Positions 62,355-64,000 of a stretch of DNA of 64,000 nt are shown here, in pieces. Under the pieces are notes generated by a model. That model was not told the origin of the DNA. It made no database searches and saw only the letters and a list, made by a program, of their open reading frames with translations. A program made the translations under genes and the position numbers. Location: the NCBI RefSeq assembly GCF_006345805.1, contig NC_043022.1:17422001-17486000 (forward strand), written 5' to 3'. This DNA comes from Octopus sinensis (lineage: Eukaryota). How positions within the stretch are numbered: position 1 is the first letter of the stretch; each line of letters begins with the position of its first letter.

Positions 62355-62631
62355 CATCATCATTTAACAACCATTTTCCATGCTAACATGGGTTGGACAG
62401 TTTGAGAGGAGCTGGCTAGGCAGAAGACTGCACCGGCTTCACTAGTAAGAAAGACAAACAGACAGACAGATATGTATGTATGTATATATGCATGCATGCA
62501 TGTCTATCCAGTTGGTTATCTTGGAACCAAAGAGATATGTAGATTATGACAAAGACTTCTTGGAAGCTCAATAAATATTTCCACTTACCATTCTGGACCT
62601 AACTTCATTGTTTCTGCCATTTTTCTTGCTT
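7535..62631 (-). CDS. GIGYF2: GIGYF1/2-family gene (GRB10-interacting GYF protein), 5' 12 coding exons; 3' end lies outside the window (below position 1)
   Basis: Manually spliced exons join in frame (1623 nt, 541 codons). The order of motifs matches GIGYF1/2: GPEW start, 4EHP motif, RGG tract, PEW/FD motif, GYF domain. Invertebrates typically have one pro-orthologue, so the '2' in the symbol is nominal. Confidence 0.95.
8359..9778. mobile_element. Non-autonomous piggyBac-like element flanked by TTAA
   Basis: Ends are TTAA|CCCTTTCGTTAC at 8355 and GGCCGGG|TTAA at 9779-9782. CpG-rich interior with a 178-bp tandem duplication. The TIRs match only at the terminal CCC. Confidence 0.55.
10055..10210 (-). 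mobile_element. Degenerate RTE 3' tail
   Basis: catcatcatc...ttccatgctggcatgggttggacag...gcccttcctaacaccaac. Confidence 0.75.
11300..11870 (-). mobile_element. Old CR1/Jockey-type LINE RT remnant
   Basis: Reads ISKVMEH...LLNDCQHGFCRASST...MLAISKAFGYVWHKNL (degenerate QHGFR and DISKAFDxVWH). Confidence 0.7.
12686..12787 (-). CDS. GIGYF2: GIGYF coding exon 11, GYF signature
   Basis: Encodes GPFSTEEMSEWFSVGYFAMKLMVKRSCDDYYQPL (GPF...M..W...GYF). cttcag acceptor, gtagga donor, 102 nt, phase 1 to 1. Confidence 0.96.
12960..13620 (-). mobile_element. Highly decayed LINE RT remnant
   Basis: Fragments YNQTFQP*PSSL, QEEAGF and LDIFGIFDTV resemble RT motifs NYRPISL, EQAGF and DFxKAFDSV. Many stops. 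Confidence 0.4.
13628..14125 (+). mobile_element. tRNA-head SINE with CR1-type tail
   Basis: A/B-box-like head (tggctatgtgg...ggttctagcttcagttcc), cttaggcaagtgtctt core, internal (TG)n, and tail gctccagcatg...gactgaaac. Confidence 0.8.
14357..14447 (-). CDS. GIGYF2: GIGYF coding exon 10, first half of GYF domain
   Basis: Encodes DEEPKKSVETQVETSNHDEWFYRDPQGDEQG (WxYxDPQG). tttttcag acceptor; weak donor G|gttcat; 91 nt, phase 0 to 1. Confidence 0.92.
14950..17930 (+). mobile_element. Second piggyBac transposase remnant, split by an RTE insertion
   Basis: N-terminal part at about 15270-15500 reads LPPDAQPFNY...IVEETN...WQPSDTAQM. Core at 17190-17930 reads YKPGRYLSIKESMVGYKG*VHF*QYMPGKPSKWGIKVW and NKYVSGVDQLNQ...KWW*YLVW. 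Confidence 0.8.
15660..17188 (+). mobile_element. Internally deleted RTE LINE: AP endonuclease joined to the 3' end, RT missing
   Basis: Reads LKVGTLDIGTL...CIQEVRW...KIDYILTR...QHKLVVSDF, then jumps near 16428 to the last ORF codons, 3' UTR and (GAT)n. Confidence 0.88.
18080..18420 (-). mobile_element. RTE 3' tail, near-consensus
   Basis: (CAT)n cgtttaacgtccgttctccatgctagcatgggttggacg... Confidence 0.88.
19820..20400 (+). mobile_element. Two or more degenerate RTE 3' tails
   Basis: aaaagcacccagtc...gaagggcatccagctgtaaaa repeated; gttaaccgatgatga at about 20095; another partial copy at 20240-20400. Confidence 0.7.
21681..22076 (-). CDS. GIGYF2: GIGYF coding exon 9
   Basis: Encodes ADTRKAPLENQ...DEDTLDRLKKTAENIVADVTKE, matching the helix that precedes the GYF domain. 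tttcctag acceptor, gtaaga donor, 396 nt, phase 0 to 0. Confidence 0.9.
22840..23410. mobile_element. Tail-to-tail pair of RTE 3' tails (+ 22840-22994, - 23129-23410)
   Basis: (GAT)n ends at about 22994 and (CAT)n begins at about 23129. Confidence 0.8.
23776..23895 (-). CDS. GIGYF2: GIGYF coding exon 8
   Basis: Encodes DPMKDVSLKGHRREKKEIPPIHDDHWEDQPETKASCEMKG. ttctgaag acceptor, gtgaga donor, 120 nt, phase 0 to 0. The region is poorly conserved, so the boundaries rest on phase and splice signals. Confidence 0.75.
24215..24385 (+). mobile_element. Short CR1-type RT fragment
   Basis: Reads LATDEMN...HGLPAVLLKRCHKALTKPLQILF, homologous to 46090-46220. Confidence 0.75.
24999..25084 (-). CDS. GIGYF2: GIGYF coding exon 7, DDX6/Me31B-binding motif
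   Basis: Encodes DMPEWSVPNDEDYNETGTFDSNGIFVSNK, comparable to vertebrate LPEW...GTFDSSGAF. gtttag acceptor, gtgagt donor, 86 nt, phase 1 to 0. Confidence 0.94.
25930..26155 (+). mobile_element. tRNA-head SINE (second family)
   Basis: gctagcaaaaccattagcac...aaaatgcttagc...ttcaaattctgccaaagtcaactttgcc...ggggtcaataaaat. Related copies at 36648-36860 (-) and 50090-50220 (+). Confidence 0.7.
26412..26564 (-). CDS. GIGYF2: GIGYF coding exon 6
   Basis: Encodes ASQRWRGLDSERTKSTTGIGFFKDRQHTFDRDRDRPRSFQRSRSTEMWDDG. tctttag acceptor, gtaagg donor, 153 nt, phase 1 to 1. Confidence 0.9.
26775..26960. mobile_element. Truncated TTAA-type MITE
   Basis: ttaaacatttagcatttaaactggcc...; same family as 36304 and 42226. 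Confidence 0.7.
29390..29745 (+). mobile_element. Possible Helitron Rep/Hel N-terminal remnant
   Basis: Frameshifted MP..RKKRDLSG..., repeated DHQxHAA units, TFRYDPS and DNSVQI resemble Helitron N-terminal repeats and the AFxYDP motif. Weak evidence. Confidence 0.35.
29760..31372 (-). mobile_element. Penelope-like element (RT plus GIY-YIG endonuclease), frameshifted
   Basis: Reads IKLADKGGGVVVW, YFLPKIHKPNNPGRPI, LFTLDIQGLYTVIPH, GVAMGTRMGPNYANLF, YIDD and FTCTSSNIIYCI...LYIGQMGR. Confidence 0.93.
31690..33200. mobile_element. Tail-to-tail pair of RTE 3' tails (+ 31690-31961, - 32772-33200)
   Basis: Two conserved tail motifs in opposite orientation, about 810 bp apart. Confidence 0.85.
34102..34164 (-). 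CDS. GIGYF2: Candidate alternative GIGYF exon 5b (MPLVTEEDDDGDWRKMGPRW); acceptor uncertain (34164, 34205 or 34287)
   Basis: Strong donor TGG G|gtaagt, and the peptide repeats the end of exon 5. All three candidate acceptors keep the frame. Confidence 0.65.
34590..35140 (+). mobile_element. RTE-tail element preceded by a tandem array of about 8 hairpin units
   Basis: Units resemble gtcatggtcgttgccagtgccatgtaaatggcac, followed by gtggttagcattagaaagagcatccagctgtagaaac...atgacga. Confidence 0.75.
35355..35530 (-). mobile_element. Partial tRNA-head SINE
   Basis: Reverse complement of the 43723 family head (caaggctttggtcagctcagg...aaccatgttattggg). Confidence 0.65.
36304..36522. mobile_element. 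piggyBac-type MITE with TTAA target duplication
   Basis: TTAAccctttagcatt ... aatgctaaacggTTAA; TIRs match with 1 mismatch. Confidence 0.85.
36648..36860 (-). mobile_element. tRNA-head SINE (second family)
   Basis: Reverse complement reads gagctggcagaatcattggcac...gttctgagttcaaattcc... Confidence 0.7.
37400..37780 (+). mobile_element. RTE/BovB-like LINE C-terminal remnant
   Basis: Reads RTKV*VF..VFPVLLYSCET*TL...LHRIM...WSNFVSNQQL (degenerate PVLLYGCETWTL). Confidence 0.7.
38420..38577 (-). CDS. GIGYF2: GIGYF coding exon 5
   Basis: Encodes RYERSYSARSFEDSAHPAKEYSRSFSNENWRDKKSLDDDEGDWRKACSRERW. ctcacag acceptor, gtaagt donor, 158 nt, phase 2 to 1. Confidence 0.92.
39270..39405 (+). mobile_element. 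RTE 3' tail
   Basis: gttaggaagggcatcc...gctagcatggaaagcagatgctaaacgatgatgatg. Confidence 0.8.
39825..40780 (+). mobile_element. Tc1/mariner-superfamily (maT/DD37D-like) transposase remnant
   Basis: Reads WFSFDEKN, DRWLC, MVL.VLSNMGNVMPP, VNTIIYTEVLEQVVRP, IFQEDSVQSH and PHNT. Contains stops and frameshifts. Confidence 0.8.
41195..41360 (-). mobile_element. Partial RTE 3' tail
   Basis: catttaacgtccattttc...tttctacagctggatgcccttcctaatgcc. Confidence 0.75.
41455..41554 (-). CDS. GIGYF2: GIGYF coding exon 4
   Basis: Encodes GRGRAEGFGQRLSYDDGETSSFTRNRSRENWDD. ctgtag acceptor, gtaagg donor, 100 nt, phase 1 to 2. Confidence 0.92.
42226..42438. mobile_element. piggyBac-type MITE with TTAA ends
   Basis: TTAAccttttagcatt ... 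gaatgctaaacagTTAA. Confidence 0.8.
43440..43620 (+). mobile_element. Short CR1-type RT fragment
   Basis: Reads STAGHNGFPVILLKSCKHALAKPLQIFFQSFLANG; close to 46120-46280. Confidence 0.8.
43723..44143 (+). mobile_element. Full-length tRNA-head SINE with CR1-type tail, near-consensus
   Basis: A box tggctgtgtgg, B box ggttcagtccc, cttgggcaagtg core, internal (TA)/(TG) tract, tail ggcggtgctccagcatggccacag...(taaaagag)2. Confidence 0.88.
44180..44730 (+). mobile_element. RTE 3' UTR and tail with about 5 internal repeat modules
   Basis: Starts aaaatcaaaatcaattcaatgactgg, as in the LINE 3' UTR at 16795, and ends gttaaacaatgatgat. Confidence 0.85.
44793..46492 (+). mobile_element. CR1-clade LINE: endonuclease and N-terminal RT, 3'-truncated
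   Basis: Reads SHGGVAVYI, YCPPDA, MGDFNFPNVKW, PTRTNNILDLCFTN, SDHNIIE and DTQHGFRPRKNCLTQLL. Frameshifted. Confidence 0.92.
46493..47413 (+). mobile_element. RTE LINE RT core, truncated at both ends
   Basis: Reads IAQLIRERVSLDKIQFGFVPGRSTT, DMEKAFDRVP, LYTDDLAL and LRVNLAKTK. Confidence 0.92.
48287..48395 (-). CDS. GIGYF2: GIGYF coding exon 3 (VNSCAVL and RGG tract)
   Basis: Encodes RLMSQSVNSCAVLRLSGRGGSSGRGGRGGGERGRGR. cag acceptor, gtaagt donor, 109 nt, phase 0 to 1. Confidence 0.95.
49330..49628 (-). mobile_element. tRNA-head SINE (third family)
   Basis: Reverse complement begins gtgaaagcatgtggtc...gagttcgattcctgggctgg (B box). Related copy at 62885-63112. Confidence 0.65.
50960..51945 (+). 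mobile_element. Cluster of RTE 3' ends (50960-51360 +, 51380-51530 -, 51690-51945 +)
   Basis: GRDRPKKTWDEVVK remnant plus tails; the last copy ends in (GAT)8. Confidence 0.82.
52040..53127 (-). mobile_element. mariner (DD34D-like) transposon remnant
   Basis: TIR-like TAAGGGGTATACTGAAAG at about 53127. Reads DIHRRLLFVYG, ITHDMWLHFYDPEMK, AFWDGNGVILLDF and HLPYSPDLEPFNFNLFGPMK. Confidence 0.85.
56200..56870 (-). mobile_element. RTE-like LINE RT C-terminal remnant (distinct family)
   Basis: Reads IADADFAQNLALFAD...EEAASRIGLDVN, IWKSTLP...FFRAMVES and KLDGTYT. Confidence 0.7.
57270..57670 (-). mobile_element. Second mariner remnant
   Basis: Reads DLFDCVEEERNFSDMA then DDK**IYDPEIKAQSL*WK (degenerate GDETWxYxYDPExKxQSxxW). 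Confidence 0.6.
58296..58506 (-). CDS. GIGYF2: GIGYF coding exon 2, 4EHP-binding region
   Basis: Encodes LQKASSMGTPPSSPGLGKFKLADYRYGREEMLALF...PLAYIPPTEEEQ, with the canonical YxYxxxxL-phi motif. ttttcag acceptor, gtgagt donor, 211 nt, phase 2 to 0. Confidence 0.96.
58677..59632. repeat. About 184-bp tandem duplication; the second unit is interrupted by a MITE
   Basis: Unit 1 (58677 to about 58845) aligns to unit 2 (about 58850-58956 plus 59567-59632). Confidence 0.85.
58957..59558. mobile_element. Long-TIR MITE (Merlin-like), 602 bp, 8-bp TSD GAAATGTG
   Basis: Arms of about 270 bp (GGATCTTTAC...GTAAAGATCC); TSD at 58949-58956 and 59559-59566; 52-nt spacer containing TTAGGGTTAGGGTT. Confidence 0.9.
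60051..62055 (-). mobile_element. 5'-truncated RTE LINE (RT, 3' UTR and (GAT)n tail)
   Basis: Reads GKVPSPSGITAEMLK, NYRGIKLLDQVMK, GVHQGSALSPLLF, LFYADDLALIA and WYGHVLQM...GRPRKTW, contiguous with the tail at 60051. Confidence 0.93.
62353..62440 (-). mobile_element. RTE tail fragment
   Basis: catcatcatttaac...ttccatgctaacatgggttggacag. Confidence 0.7.
62589..62620 (-). CDS. GIGYF2: GIGYF coding exon 1 (MAETMKLGPEW); exon starts at 62631 with 11 nt of 5' UTR
   Basis: Acceptor tttttcag at 62632, ATG at 62620, donor TG|gtaagt (phase 2). Matches the conserved GIGYF N-terminus xxGPEW. Confidence 0.9.
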
Positions 62632-62884
62632 CTGAAAAATCAAAAGGAAATAGAAAAATTCAGGATTAAAATTTGTTTTTTCTTGTATTTAGAAAATTTA
62701 GTGTTGAGTCATACAATGTTTAACAAAATTGTTCAGACAAGATCCTTTACAACCAGAAGTTTTAATCAACCGACAGATGATACTGCCTATGGAACTAATA
62801 TAAAAAAGAAAATAAAACTGTCAGTTACGATGACAACTCTTCCAGTTGAGCCAATAAACAAAAGAGCCTACTTGTGCAATTAAC

Positions 62885-63112
62885 ATGCAGGCACCTCAGA
62901 CACACGCCTTTAATGTAGTTGTCAAGGAGATCCAGCATGACACAGAATGTGACAAAGCTGGTCCTTTCAAATCCAGGTACCACTTCTTTTTGCCAGTTGA
63001 GTAGACTAGAGCAATGTGAAAATAAAGTGTCTTCTTCAAGGACACAACATGCCCCCATGACCTTACAATCATGAGCCAAATACCCTAACTACTCAACCAC
63101 ACACCTTCACAT
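62885..63112 (-). mobile_element. tRNA-head SINE (third family)
   Basis: Reverse complement reads gtgaaggtgtgtggttgagtagttaggg...catgttgtgtccttgaagaagacactttatttt. Confidence 0.65.
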
Positions 63113-63889
63113 GGAACTTGTTAACAGCCACTTTAAATATGCCTAATCATGTACAAACACAAAAGGAAAAGCCTGCACTTATATTAACATATCAATGATA
63201 TCTACACAATATTCCTAGTAACAGTTTCACATCATCTTTCTGAACGATAAGTGTTTTATACCTCAAACAGACTGAGTTATTCCTCCTAACTATTACTTCA
63301 CTACAAGTGTGATCCTGCCGTTTCATATCATCATCATCATCATCATGGTTGTTTCTCAGGTTCCACTGCTAAAATAGGCATCACCATTACTTTTTCCTCA
63401 CTTAATTCAAGTACCCCGTATCTCGAGTTTAGGCCTTGTAATGACAGCATTGTTATTCCCAGCTTGCATCATACAGTTTCTCTTCTGGTGTTGAAGTATT
63501 ATTCTTTTTATACATCTCCTGATCTGTGGATTAGGAGTTAAACCAAAAGTGCATGGATCTAATGTTACAAGAAACCAGAAAGACATGCTGACATCACCAT
63601 AAGAAGATTAGTATCACTGAATAATAACTGGCTTAAAATGACAAACTTTCCTTGCCAGAAAAAGAATACTTTATCCCATTTTAATTGCTTAGATCATCAG
63701 GTGATGTAGCACCGTTTTTGTAAGGAATGAAGCCAATTTCCAGTTGCCAAGAATAAAGATTATTGGAGTGAAATTTGGGAGTGTTGAGCAATAATAACAG
63801 TAACTTCAAAGTTTTGGCCAGCTTCATCTTCAAAGGACTGTAATACATTTGAGTTCATCTTGACTTCATAAAGTCTCTGGTAAGTTTAA

Positions 63890-64000
63890 TTAATGGGCTA
63901 CCATTGTGTACTCTGTCTATCAAGGGCCTCACAACTTTCTCCAATACAACGGTATAGGTAACGTCATTGACTCTTAAGCCCCGTGTAAAACAGTGAGGAG
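63890..64000 (-). mobile_element. maT/DD37D-like transposase fragment running off the window edge
   Basis: Reads PHCFTRGLRVNDVTYTVVLEKVVRPLIDRV, homologous to 40455-40550. Confidence 0.75.

Noticed and set aside
63330-63880. Stretch ending in (CAT)n, possibly another LINE 3' end
   Set aside because: It lacks the diagnostic RTE tail motif and has no recognisable RT peptide.

Overview
AT-rich eukaryotic genomic DNA, most likely an octopus (inferred from the repeat families and long (TA)n tracts; not database-checked). The window is the 5' part of one large minus-strand gene, a GIGYF1/2-family translational repressor. Twelve coding exons run from the ATG at 62620 down to 7535. All have AG/GT ends and matching phases, total 1623 nt (541 codons), and encode the 4EHP-binding motif (YRYGREEML), an RGG tract, the DDX6/Me31B-binding motif (PEW...GTFDSNGIF) and the GYF domain. 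The gene continues beyond position 1, and its first non-coding exon is probably beyond 64000. The introns are packed with decayed mobile elements: RTE and CR1-type LINEs, about 20 RTE 3' tails ending in (GAT)n, tRNA-head SINEs, a Penelope-like element, piggyBac, mariner and maT remnants, TTAA MITEs and a long-TIR MITE. The best second-look items are a probable duplicated alternative GIGYF exon near 34.1 kb, an array of GNRA-capped hairpins next to it, a weak splice donor buried in a hairpin inside the GYF domain, a partial exon duplicate near 21.3 kb, and a Merlin-like MITE with an internal empty-site control. I found no tRNA, rRNA or CRISPR features, and no clear evidence of a wholly new multi-gene system.
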